From NCBI RefSeq assembly GCF_004010195.1, contig NC_057756.1, forward strand, positions 4,371,603-4,423,523: a stretch of DNA of 51,921 bases. Reading direction: 5' to 3'. The DNA comes from Chiloscyllium plagiosum. Lineage: Eukaryota. This document shows, piece by piece, positions 1 to 13,500 of the stretch. The notes below the pieces were generated by a model. The model searched no databases, was not told the origin of the DNA, and saw nothing but the letters and a program-made list of their open reading frames with translations. How positions within the stretch are numbered: position 1 is the first letter of the stretch; each line of letters starts with the position of its first letter. The translations under genes and the position numbers were made by a program.

Positions 1-780
1 AGAACAGAAATTGAATGCAAACAATGGTTATCAACATCATGCTCACATGTATCACATTGAAGAGAGAGGAGAACACCAATAATCAACTCTTGTTCCTAGA
101 TGTGATGGCAGAAAGAACACAGAACGGTGCATAAACCACAAACGTGTACAAAAAGCCAGACATATGGACTGGGTGTTGAGCTACAACATCAAGCACTGAA
201 ACACACACAAGAGAAGCCATATTAGTACCCTTTTCAAAAGAGCTACATTTCAGCTCGCCCGACATGTAAAGAGAAAAATAACATCTCTACTGAACTTCAT
301 GAAAACGGATATCCCTGCAATCGCAACCATAGATGCCTAACAGAAAAGCATGGCATGATATGATTTAATGTATTTGTAGCATCTCCAGAACTGGCACAAA
401 ACAGTAAGTCTGGTGAAAATCAAGGCAAAAATGATTAGGTGACACATGCGAGCTCTACACTGTCTTGACAACTGTTGATTGGACTCGGAATTGAGCATGT
501 TGATGATGGTGCAGGGGTTGATTGTATAATTATATAATGTAGTAATATAGAAATAAAAATATACACGCACAAACAGGCAAGTAATCAGATCTTTACCAAG
601 ATAAGTTCAAACTCAGCGTAGAACCAAAGGTGAATGCTAACTTTGTAAACAGCAGGAACCCTGTTGTGTGCAATATACAAAATTCCAAAGCTCAGTAAGA
701 TGCAGGAGAAGCGTTTTTAAAAACGCAAGCAGCACCATGTGCACATAATATATCCTTAACTGCAGTAGGAGATGTAATAT
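1..780 (+). mobile_element. Highly decayed Penelope-like retroelement (RT C-terminus and GIY-YIG remnant)
   Basis: Translates EENTNNQLLFLDVMAERTQNGA*TTNVYKKP from about 66, then TLFKRA, ENGYP, and AIYKIP near 670; contains stops and frameshifts. Confidence 0.7.
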
Positions 781-1112
781 GGCATTTAAAATAAAAGCAT
801 GTGATAAAAAGAAATACTATCAATTTACACACTTCTTTCATTGAGAGATAACATGCTGTGATTGCATCTTTGTCTCCTTTAAAGTTTGGTATCGATTAGC
901 TGAGGTTGTTGCGAAGCTCTTCTTGAATTTATGAACATCCCAATCGTAAAAAACAAACCTCACAAAATTGTGACGACAACACAAAACGTTGTTACGTTTG
1001 TAAGATATATTTCTCCTTGTTTTCCATTCATTGTTTTGTGAACGACATAACATAGGTCTTATTTGATACGCTCCAGCATGTTTTCTTATATAACTCGACA
1101 AAAAAATGCAAC

Positions 1113-1377
1113 CTGAGCTGAAAATGTGTTGCTGGAAAAGCGCAGCAGGTCAGGCAGCATCCAAGGAGCAGGAGAATCGACGTTTCGGGCTTGAGCCCTT
1201 ATTCAGGAATCTTCTTCTCCTGCTCCTTGGATGCTGCCTCACCTGCCTTCCTGAATAAGGGCTCATGCCCGAAACGTCGATTCTCCTGCTCCTTGGATGC
1301 TGCCGAACCTGTTGCGCTTTTCCAGCAACACATGTTTAGCGCTGATCTCCAGCATCTGCAGTCCTCACTTTCTCCTA
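1113..1377. mobile_element. Short fold-back Penelope derivative made of two inverted termini
   Basis: About 1116-1209 is the reverse complement of about 1248-1340; same terminus as 5947-6039; flanked by aaaaaaatgcaac (1100-1112) and aaaaaaatccaac (1378-1390). Confidence 0.85.
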
Positions 1378-1539
1378 AAAAAAATCCAACATTTGGCCAA
1401 CTGGAAATAACACCATACTATGTTAATGTAAGGGAAATTATTTATGTAGTTACATCCTGATGAATTGCAGAACACTGATTGTCCAGATGCATGTAATTTT
1501 CGATGTTCTTTGACATCTTGCAATTTGTCTGATTTGCAG

Positions 1540-1554
1540 ACGAGAATTTGAAGG
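1540..1554 (+). CDS. micro-exon, 15 nt, (D)ENLK
   Basis: gatttgcag|ACGAGAATTTGAAGG|gtaagt; consensus donor. Confidence 0.65.
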
Positions 1555-4500
1555 GTAAGTTTATCCCACTTATGGCAGCCTGGTTTGTGAATGCAGAAAA
1601 ACATTGAGTTCAAAATTGTTTATCAGTAGAGACAAAGATTATATCTTTACTTCTTCTGAATAATGATTAGAGTTTCCACATACTTTTTTGCCTACAGAAT
1701 GCTATGTCATGTAAGAAACCCTGAGACCAATGCATTTTTCAGACATTGTAATTCATTGAATCCCAATTTCATTAATTCTACCATAGTTCATTTTGAATCA
1801 TCACTCCTGACGACGTGCATGTTGTTATTTCCACTGTTTCCCCTATAAATCTCTGCCTCTGAGTCGCACACATTCCTTTTCAAAATTGTAATAAAATGCA
1901 TTTCCGAATCTATCTTTAAGTTAGTTGGCAGTTAACATTTTAAGTTTTTTCTTCGAAGTGCTTTAGTTAGTATAACACAGATTAAACTAATTATTTCCTT
2001 TCAATACTTTAATACATTAAGCAACCACTGGACAACAGTTTCTACGCAAGGTTATGAAGGAAATAAAAAGAATGTAGACAACGTTTTCAAGCCATTATCA
2101 GCTTTCAGCAAACTATGTGATGTAATGCAACAAATGCATCTAAAGCGAAAATTTGAATACGTGAATAGAACAGAATAGAATTAATAACTGATCATTTTAA
2201 CTAGATTTAAATTTATCATGCCACGTCTCCAGAAAATTCAAGTCTTGACTGATGATTTGAAATTATTTTTATGAATTCCAGTGCGGAATTTGAAGTTGCC
2301 TCCTTTGTTGCAGATACTATGGAGTACTGGCAGAGATGGAACTGGATGATGAACACACAATGATATTTAAGGAGCAGTAATAGTAGAAATATAGGAACAG
2401 GAATGGCCGACTCTGCTGATGCATTCCATTTAAGACCATCATTGATCATCAAACTCAATTTAATTTTCGCAACCTTTCCTAATACCCAACATAATGTTCA
2501 TTGTTGAAAGAAAAGAATCAGTCCTTTATTTGAACACGATTAATAATTGAGCTTCCAAAGATCTGCGTTGCAAGGAATTATAAGTATTCACTGCCATTTG
2601 AATGAAGGAATTTCACTTTTGTCAGTTGCAAATGATGATTATAGCAGCAATGTTAGATTGATAGAGTACAGATGACGCTATCCTACTCATTGAGTCGCAC
2701 TGCTAACAATCTGTGCTGATCACAACCTTGAAAGTTATAACTCTTCAAGTGTTTGGAGAATCATTGACATAACGGAGCAACTTGTGCCAGGATTTGAACT
2801 TGAGACCCCTGGATTCCTATCATCCTCCAAAGTGAGAATCATGCTCCGACATCAGCAAAACCGGGGTCGAAACCTCGGTGCGAGTCTCAGATTTGCGAGC
2901 GACATTTCCACTACACCATCACACTCCCTCGCAAACAGCCGATGATAATGCACTCAGGGTTGTTTATTTTTTCATGGGAGATCAATCAGCATTTTCTTTA
3001 AAAATAAATTAATGAGTACATGACATCAGTGTGGTTGATTTCCCTCTTGTGATCATGTGGACAAGTAAATTTGTTGAACGACAAATTCATGACATTCCTG
3101 ATTAACTAATTAATCGCCTTGAATCCAGCACTGCCATATACTTTAATAGTTTGGCACACTTTATTTGCTTGGATCTCCTGCTATATAGTCGTCGGACTGT
3201 GGCAAGTTTGATTTGCAAAGTTGATTGTGAAGAGTTACGAAATTCGCATAATATAGTCTGTCCAACCTTTGGCTCGCGTGCTGAAGGTGCTTCAGTCTTA
3301 TTAAAACGAACGGTTGTCATGGCATTTGTTGCACCACAGCCTTGTCACTACATGAACTGCTGATTTTTCAACATTAGTTTGGCTGCGCTATTCCAGGTAG
3401 TGCTGAATATTTCTCGATGCCCTGGCAGCTTTCCTTTAGAATTTTTGTCAGAAGGGAGCTTGCAGTGTTTTTGTATCTTTTGGATGGTTTCGATGTCTTA
3501 CTCGCCACTGTTCTCCCAACTGTGACAAATCTTGTAGCTTGAATATTTGTATAACTATTCTAGTAATCCTTTTGCATGATGACAATACCGGCCTACTGTT
3601 GATAGAATTTCATAACATTAATGATCAAAATTGTATCCTGACATGACATCCTGAGAGTGATACTCTGTGTCTGTGACATGTTTGCCCCAAATCTTGCCGC
3701 ATATCAAGCTTATGTTCAAATTAGACTTGTTGTTAAACAGCGCAACTATAATAATAAAGTTGTTCTGCACTTGTGAATGATGCTTCATCACATGCTAAGA
3801 TAAATGTCAAGTGCAATCTTGATATGGAGTAATGATCATTAATGAAGCAGTCAATACGAGATGAATGAAATAAACTGCTACATTGCACAGTGATAAATGG
3901 TTATGCATGTCCCTAACCTCATTCGCATGATTGTAATTTGAAAACTTTAATCGTCATCATTTGCAATACGTTGACTACAAGCACCAGTCTGTTTCCTTTC
4001 CATATTCGCAACTAATGCATAATCATTCTGACATGATCGTAAAGAGAATCCTTTTTTTATATGTCGGTCATGTAATGACTTCAACTCAATGCAAGTCACG
4101 TTCGCTGCATGAATTCAGTCCTAAATTCTATCTTGCAGACCGTGTTCTTCTGGAACTATGTGTTTTAGTTACAATGCTGAGTGATTTGTGCTGCAAGTAT
4201 AATTCGGACTTGTTGCCGCAAAGCATTGTCAAGGGTGAATTTGCATGTGATGCAAGAAAGAATTTTGGAGACCGAGGATTTGACGGAAAAACACATACTT
4301 TCTCCAGAGACTAAACAGGTTTGGACGGATTTGTGTAGAAAAAGCATAGTTATCATTTGAAGTCCAGTGGTACTTCTTCAGCACCATTTTTTCGCATTAT
4401 GCTGACTGATTACATACTCAGAGTGTGGTAAGTCACTGCATTATCTTACTGCTGAGTTTTCTGGGTATGCCATATCAGTTTTTTTCACATTGTTTGTAAA

Positions 4501-7500
4501 AATAAATGATATAGTCCGACGTGGGCAATCTGCAGTGAATGTAGCTTGTACTGGAAAACAAATGCATAGCACTGTATACAGGATGTTGTGAGGTTCATAC
4601 AGTATGCGACATGCAGCACGAGCAAGAATTTCTTAATTTAATGTGCAATCAACTAAATTTGTCTGTGATCTTGACACTGGGAGAAAGTGAGGACTGTAGA
4701 TGCTGGAGATCAGAGCTGAAAATGTGTTGCTTGGGCTCATGGGACCAGTTCAGTCAGCCGTACCCTTCCACTGTCACCCTCCTTCGATTGACTGAACTGG
4801 TCCTCACTCTGAACAACTTCTCTTTTCAATACTTCCACTTCCTCCAAACCAAAGGAATCGCCATGGGCACCCGCATGGGCCCCAGCTATGCCTGCCTCTT
4901 CGTAGGATATGTGGAACAGTCCATCTTCCACAGCTACACTGGCACCACTCCCCACCTTTTCCTCTGCTACATCGATGATTGTCTCGGCGCTGCCACGTGC
5001 TCCCACGAGGAGGTTGAACAGTTCATCCACTTTACTAACACCTTCCACTCCGACCTCAAATTTACCTGGACCGTCTCAGACTCCACCCTCCCCTTCTTAG
5101 ACCTCTCCATTTTTATCTCAGGCGACCAAATCAACACGGAGATTTCCTATAAACCGACTAACGCCCACAGCTCCTCCTCCCACCCTGCCCCCTGTAAAAA
5201 CGCCATCCCATATTCCCAATTCCTTCGTCTCCGCCGCATCTGCTCCCAGGAGGACCAGTTTCAATACTGAACAATCCAGATGGCCTCCTTCTTCAAAGAC
5301 TGCAATTTCCCCCCAGACGTGATCGATGATGTTCTCCACCGCATCTCCTCCACTTCCCGCACCTCCGCCCTTGAGCCACGCCCCTCCAATCGCCACCAGG
5401 ACAGAACCCCACTTGTCCTCACCTATCACCCCACCAACCTCCATATACATTGTATCATTCGTCGTCATTTCCGCCACCTCCAAACAGACCTCATCACCAG
5501 GGATATATTTCCCTCCCCTCCACTATCAGCGTTCCGAAAAGACCACTCCCTCCGTGACTCCCTCGTCAGGNNNNNNNNNNNNNNNNNNNNNNNNNNNNNN
5601 NNNNNNNNNNNNNNNNNNNNNNNNNNNNNNNNNNNNNNNNNNNNNNNNNNNNNNNNNNNNNNNNNNNNNNNNNNNNNNNNNNNNNNNNNNNNNNNNNNNN
5701 NNNNNNNNNNNNNNNNNNNNNNNNNNNNNNNNNNNNNNNNNNNNNNNNNNNNNNNNNNNNNNNNNNNNNNNNNNNNNNNNNNNNNNNNNNNNNNNNNNNN
5801 NNNNNNNNNNNNNNNNNNNNNNNNNNNNNNNCTCCGGCCTATCACCCTCACCTTAACCTCCTTCCACCTATCGCATTTCCAACGCCCCTCCCCCAAGTCC
5901 CTCCTCCCTACCTTTTATCTTAGCCTGCTGGAAACACTTTCCTCATTCCTGAAGAAGGGCTCATGCCCGAAACGTCGATTCTCCTGCTCCTTGGATGCTG
6001 CCTGACCTGCTGCGCTTTTCCAGCAACACATTTTCAGCTGTGATCTTGACACACTCAGTGAGCAATAGAGGTAAATTATTCAATCGAAATGGCTGCCTGA
6101 AGCACAAATACTTCAGATTTGTCAACATCGTCATTGCAATGGAAATCATCAAATACTTGATTGAATCACTCTTTGGATTCTCGCAATTTTCATATCGTCA
6201 ATATAATTTATTGTTTCAGATACAATACATCAAATTTAAATTTATACAATACACAAGTGGTGATGTTATATTTTTTATGAGCATCCTTTCAAAAGTCAAG
6301 AAAAACTATGAAATCATAAACGATATTGTATGAACAATATCTGAACAAACTCAACAATTTTAATTAAATACATCAAATTTAATTGTCATGCTTCCTTCTC
6401 ACAGATGAACAGCTGAAAGCAAAGCAAAAAGGTTCACATTCCTATGATTCGAATAGCAAATTTGCTAACGTCGGAGAATTAATTTGAGAATTTTGTTTTG
6501 TCCTCACGTGACAGTTTGCATACTTCATGTGTGTTGATTAGTTAACATTAGTGCTGAGGCCAGAAACTTTTACACTTTTCTTGATCATCGCAAGGCTGTT
6601 GCATAAAAAAATTTATAGATCATGCACATTCTTGTGGGACTGGAGTCTTATGCACAGGTATTAAATTGTCTTCATTACAGAACATGAATAATACACACAA
6701 ATATTTCGCAGAAATGAGTTTAGCTTCGTGACGTTATTATTGGCGTTTGAATCTAAACGTTATAAATTCATTCAATATTTCTCTCGTGTTTATAGTGGAA
6801 TTCGTACTCAGATCATTATTCTGCATAAGACTTTCAATTTCAGTGGGATTACCATGATGATACCGTGCCGTTTTATTTTTGTGGACATTAATGTAAGACG
6901 CCAAAGTTGTGGGGGCGTTCAAACGACTAAAATGTTGGAAGACATTTCTCTTGTAGTGAAGCCAAATCAGGAACACTAAATATCAGATTATATTGGCACT
7001 GATAATATCTGTTCATACGTAAATGATGGGTATTTCTGCATGAGTGCTCGACACAAACATGCACAATTCCTAATCCTCTTCATCAACACTTCATGATCAA
7101 AGTTCACTTGCACCTGCCATACACAATAAAGGCGATATGGAAATGGCATTCATCAAATGTAAGTTAGATAGATGGAACAGGAGGAAGGAGAGATACCTGG
7201 GAATGCGAAGGGCAAGTTTATAGTAGGCAGAACATACATGTCCCAGCAGTAGACAATGATAATGGACGTGCGAGGGGAAAAATGTTTCTTGTGGGGTAGA
7301 TTGTGATTTGCAATTGTTCCTCCCAATGACCTTTCCTCTCCCTTCTAGCTTTTAAAACTCTGCTCTAATTTTCCCTACTCTTTGCTACATCAAGGTGCTC
7401 CTGGACCTTTCTCTTCCAACCTCGTTTTATTTGAAACTCCGTTCAAAGCCTGTCTTGGATCTTTCCTCTATTCCTTCCTCGCATCTTGCCTGGACTCATC

Positions 7501-10500
7501 AATCTTGCATTCAATCAGTTTGTTGGCGTAGGTGTTTTCACATTTTTTTCAAGGAAACAGTTTGCAATATTGTAATTTCCAATAAGGTGACGTGTTACTG
7601 AAGATGTGCGTCACAAATGCAATGTTTATTCTAATACGTAGATGTTAAGCATCCAAGTAGGGTGAACGTACGGTTCACCTTGTGACGAAAACTTTTATTT
7701 ATTCATTCCTTAAAAGCTCTTCCATAAATTATTTTTAAGAACGTACACTGTGTTTTAAAGTATGACATTGAACATGATTCACTTTAGTTTGTGGGCTGTT
7801 ATTTATAAGATTTTCACTCGACCTTTTACACGTGCAGATACTTTGCTGAACTCGGTGACAGCAGATGCTAGCAGAGCAACTGCGTGCAACTCATCTACAG
7901 AGGCGTAATCTATTTTCAACTACATACTGCATAATTTCCTTTGAATGAAGAGCTTTACAACTGTTTTTGCATAGATAAATATCGAAAACATTTATTCATT
8001 TTGTTCTTTCACAAAATTTCGAATGTAACGTTGCATTTGACAGTTTGCATTTCAAAAATAAGGTCTGCCACAAAGTATTTCCTGCGGCTGTTAGACATGT
8101 ACATTATTTGCAAAAGCATTTCAAAGCAATTTGGTATATCATCAAGAAATGCGAAATAAAAATGAACAAAAAATGTGAGCAAGCTATAAATTCAGTTGGT
8201 GAGGCAGATGATCAATATCTTCCCAAACTTGGGGGGAAAAAAGAAGTCGGGAACCAGATAAGTCAGTAACGTGGAACCTAACGTCTTGGAATATTATAGT
8301 ACTGTTACAAGTTGCAATTTAACAATAACTGACAGCTTTACATGGCGATCTCTCAGCTTCTCAGCATGGTGGTCTTTGGGTGACACATGGTGGTCTCTCA
8401 GCCTGTCATTGCGCCTGCATGGACCTCCAATCTCGAGGTGATAAAAGAACGATCTCCCACTTATGTGAACTCTGGGGTGAAGCCCAGTGCGGCATGGAAT
8501 CAAAGACTAGTATGGATGGAAGACTAGGGGCCGCCATGGACTGGGTTGGAAAAGAATTGTCCTGAACCTTTTCTTTCCTTCCCGTTATAATTTATTTCTA
8601 AAATCTGCAATGGTGGAGTTTTTTTCTTTCAATTTTCTTTTTCCAAGATCTGTAACTGGAAAATCTGCATCTAGGGACATTTCTACCCAAGGTTGTTCTT
8701 CATGTACACTTTCCATTGTGGTCATTTGAGTGTAGGTGACATTAAGTTAATTATGATTTGAAAGTCATAGTGCAACCAAAAGGAGAAGACAACTGGCAGC
8801 TTCGAAGTTTTCTGCAACTTCGAGATAGTATAGATTTGCAGATAGAAAATCATTTGTAAATTTCGTAATATGAAAATGAAGACGATTTTTTTTTTCAAAA
8901 AAGAACCAACACATGTCGGCAAGCACAAGGTTGGTAGTGAAGCATCACAGAAATGGACATTCAGTGTTATATTTAAATCTTCAAATTTATGGAGCGTACA
9001 TGTTTGTTGCCCACTCATCTGTTTTTGGAATGCATACTCCGAATTCACACCGCACCAGATTATATTCCAATAGGGTTATTTGAAGTGAGTTAACTTCATC
9101 TGATGAAGGAGCAGCAACTCGAAAACTTGTGATTTTAACTGATCTCTTGGAATACAAACTTTTGTCTACCTCAGTCCACTAGCGGTGCCTCCATATGGAA
9201 CTCATCAATAAACATAAATTGGAATGTAGTAGGATTCCAGTATCCAATGACATGGCCATTGTGTTAAGCAATTTCTTGCAGCAGTCGTGCTTTGAAAGAT
9301 TTATTTTTTTTCTAACATGTATCAGAGGTGGCAATCCAATTTTCCAGAATCCAGCATGCTGTCTTTAAAAGAGAACGACTGAAACACATTTTGAAACAGA
9401 AAACTACACTAAAGAAATTTCTGTTGTGGTGAACAAAAGCTTTCGAACGAGATGGAAAGGTGGTTTTGAGACAAAATGGTGGTTTCTCATTACGTGAAAA
9501 TTTTGATTTATTTTAAGAAGTACCAATTATCAGCACATTTAAAAGAGAGATAGACGGCAACTGAACAGCAAAATCTGAAGTGTATATTGAGTAACAGAAT
9601 TGGTAGAAGATGAAGCAATAATCGCAGATACATGCATTCACATAAGAAGGGTAGATTGATGTGTACAAAATATCATTATTGCGATAAAACAGATATCTTA
9701 TAAGAAGATAATTTCAGAGCAAAAGTTAAGTCAGCGTTTTTAAAAATTATCTGCCTATTTGTACATCCACAAAATGGACGCATGATAGACACTGTTGATC
9801 TGATGTTTTCATTTTCCTGTCCAAAGCGTGAGTGATCTCCCTGCAGTTGCTTTGAACTAAACAGAGTTGAAGGATTCTGGAACAGATTGTGGTGGGTTCA
9901 GATGAACCTAATACTTGATGCTATATTTCAGGGTTATGCTATATCGAATAATTCGAGTCAGATATTCATCTATGAACGTTAAGATATACAGTAATTTTCT
10001 ACCAACTTCCCTCGTCTAACAGGAAGAATGGAGAAAATGATAAAAGCAGATTCTGGAGATCAGCATCTAAAAGTGTGGTGATTTAAAAGGCAGCAATTAA
10101 GGCAGTATCCGAAGAGTAGCAGAATCGCCATTTCAGGCATAAGCTCATCATCGTGCGATAGACAGGTGCAAGTGAAGTGTGATGATGATAGCTTGGAGGA
10201 GAGAGTGGAGCAGCAAAGTCGGAAGGAAGGTGGGCAGGCAGAACAGTTCCAAGTCTGCATTTGATGGTAGGAACTGAGATGAGGTTGAGGGAGGGGCGTA
10301 AAGGAAACTGGTGGAGTCGACTTTAATGCCACGTGGATGGGAGCTCCATAGGTGTTCTTCCTCACGCATTTCAGGAAGCACCTCTGAGACACACGCACCA
10401 AACAAGCCCACTAACCTGTGCCCAATGACTTCAACTCTTCCTCCAACTTTGCCAAGTGCTGGACCTCCTTCACTGCCAAATTCAAGCCACCCAACACCTG

Positions 10501-13500
10501 GCGCAAGGACGCCTCATCTTCCAACTTGGGACTGGCAACCATACAGCATCAACATCGACTTCGCCAGTTTGTCCATTTCTACTCTCCTCACCTCACTCCA
10601 GATCCAACATTCCAACTCAGCAACACGCTCTTGAACTTGCCTATCTGTCCATCTTCCTTCCTACATATTTGCTCCACTCTTCCCTCCGACCTATCGCCAT
10701 CATCCCCAACTGGATTTGTGAATCGCCTACCCAGCTACCTTCCCGTCAACCCCAACCTCCTTTTTACCTTTTAGCCCCCTTCTCCACTCCACTCCACATT
10801 CCTTATGAAGGGTTTATGCCCAAAACGTCGCCTTTTTTTTTTGCTCGTATGCTGCCTGGTCTGCTGTGCTTGTCCAGCGTCATAGTTTTCGACCTTAACA
10901 GGAAGAATGCAACATTTAAAAAGAGGAGAAGTCATTTTGAATGTGTTAGTGTCTGCAGGGTGGCATAAGGAATAACAAATATCAATACTTTTCTGTTGAT
11001 ATTTCAGAGTTAAACGATTGTCAAGAACAACTAAAACAGCTAGGTAAATGAAAATAATTATTCTGTTGATTACATAGAGAATATTCAGACGTTCAAGGCT
11101 TTAGCAAATCTCTGCGAGAAGAGAAAACTGCGTACTTTCATTAGCATGTAGGTGGGAAATCGTATCGTGAGCATCATGCATCAAGGCCCATCTGTCAAAT
11201 GGGAACAGCATTCATCATTCTTTGTCTCAAGCAAATATCTGCACTGTGATTTAATGGGCTGATCTTAGACCCAATACTATTTTTTCCAGTATCTCTGCTA
11301 GGCATTTCAACATCTTATATCATGGAAGTTAATATTGGAAAGGAAACTAAACGAATGTAGAGAAATAACAAATCGCTAGCATCTGTTGATAACAAGAAAT
11401 GTGCATAATCATTAAAAAGAAATTAGGAGCAGCAGAATTAGAATCTGTTATTTGCTAGTAATGAACTTCTATGTAAACTCACCCTCCCACAAAGGATAGT
11501 ACCATATAACGACTTACAAATAAACCTGGAAATGTATTTCATGCACATGTGCGTATATTCTATAGTGGGCAGTTTGAATAACAAATAATAGTATAGAAAA
11601 AGAAGACTCAGCATTTATTTGGTTCTACTAACAAGAATCATTGCTGTCAGCCAAAGATAAATGTTGGTTGAATACGCGGTTCTCAATGAAATAGGTTCCA
11701 TTGTTTATGATGTATTCTGCATCTGTACCTCAACTAGAGTATTCATATCTGTCCGCATTTGATCATACACAAATTCTTCTCCTCTCAGCTGTAAGACTTC
11801 TCCTTTGAACATGCAACTTTTCGATACTCATTAATCTTTTTGTTGTGGTGCACAGATAAAATTAAAAAAGGTAAGGAACAGCAGCCACGATCTCAAACAC
11901 TAAATTGTAAAGTCAAAAGTTGAGATCATACAGTATTTCATTTGTAATCATCCTCATGACACAGTGCATTGAAGTTTAAACGAATTATATGAATATCAAT
12001 TTTCTCTGTAGATACTTCTGTTTTTGTCTTCTGTAAACTCTCTTATACTTCCTCACTTTCAGTCAATCCTCCAAGTTCGTTGCCTGCATGGTGTCATGGG
12101 TCACGGCTATGAAACCATTAATATAAACATGTTCATAAACTTTCTAACTTGCATCATTGTTCTTACAGTGCCCAGTGTTGCTAACGTGGAAACAGGGACA
12201 AAAAAAATGATATCACATCCATGCTCATCCCTTCAAAATGTGTCCTTGTAAAATCAATGAAAGTTTATTATTTGCTCCATGTTTGCCAATCTGCTTTGTT
12301 AATGTAATCAATTTTTGAAAATGTACCTGAACGACACTCAGAACATTAAAAATCCCTAAATGCTTTCCAGTTCTGTAATGTTGACTCTTGGATATTCTTG
12401 CAAAATGGAATATCTTACAACATTCTTAACTAACTTGCAGCATTATATAAACCTGAGGTCTACATAATGGTCTTTACTGCCCTTAGTGGACTTCATTTTG
12501 TATTTTAAAAATGTTAAAAATATACCCTGCATAATCACTTCTTCATGATAAATATTGGGAAAATACTATAAACGTGCTTTCAAAAGCTCAACACATGATG
12601 GGGTAAACGAAGCATATCCAAAAAATCTTGACAATTCTGTATCTACTGTCCGCCTTTCAGAACTGACGGGATGTCAAACATTTGTAAAGGAATTAGGTGA
12701 GCATCAGTCAGTTGTATTCTTTTTCAGCACATTGAAAGAAAGCTGAAAAAGCTCTCAATAATACATAAAATGATGTCATCTTCACCTATTAAAAATAGAC
12801 GGTGTGCCAACTGCACATTTTATTCTATCCATCAAAGTTAATTCAGTAATAATTTTTGATTCGTATTTCAGCACAAAACAAGAAATGATTTTTTTAAAAA
12901 CAACAATGAAACTACACACTGTACAGGAGTCATGAATCAATCCATGCACTTTTCGCTATTTGACCCGAAACAGAAGAAAAACTCAACTCGAAAGAAAAAG
13001 GTATTTCTTTTAGTTATTTAAGTTACAAAATAGTTACAAAAGAACAGCTTATGATTAACGAGTGTTTACTTCAGAGTTTCTTGTTTGGTTTAAAACGTGT
13101 TTACCAAAAGATAAATAAACTATACGTTACAGATAAAAACATCCAATTTACTGAATTTATGGTTGGAGTGGAAGGTGATTGCGCCTTCAGTTGTGTAACG
13201 GTGCTGCTCCTTTGACATTCTGTACTTCTTTTTAACGCGACCGTGAAGACAGATGTTCTAATATGTCTGGAATTATCCGCTTGAAAAGGAATTTATGTCT
13301 TTCTTTTAAAATGTTCGTACAATGGAAGCAAATGTCCGGTTCTCCCATTTAGGGTTTGGTTTGGTTTGGTTTTAGCAAACAGTTTGTTTGAAGCTGGTGG
13401 TCAAGTTTTAACTGAAGAAATTTTTTCTCTCTCTCTCTCTCTCTGTCTCTCTGCTCTCTCTCTCTGTCTGTCTCTCTCTGACATCTCTCCTGTAAAAACG

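Larger units (their letters stand above)
4678..6037 (+). mobile_element. 5'-truncated Penelope-like element with reverse transcriptase, an inverted 5' terminal fragment and a 3' terminal repeat
   Basis: ORFs 4611-5270 and 5280- contain QTKGIAMGTRMGPSYA, YIDD, LPFLD, IPYSQFLRLRRICS and PLVLTYHP; 15-bp flanking duplication ctgtgatcttgacac at 4663-4677 and 6038-6052. Confidence 0.92.

Noticed and set aside
7642..7656. 15-nt candidate exon DVKHP
   Set aside because: Weak donor, contains proline, and breaks the 27/36 alternation
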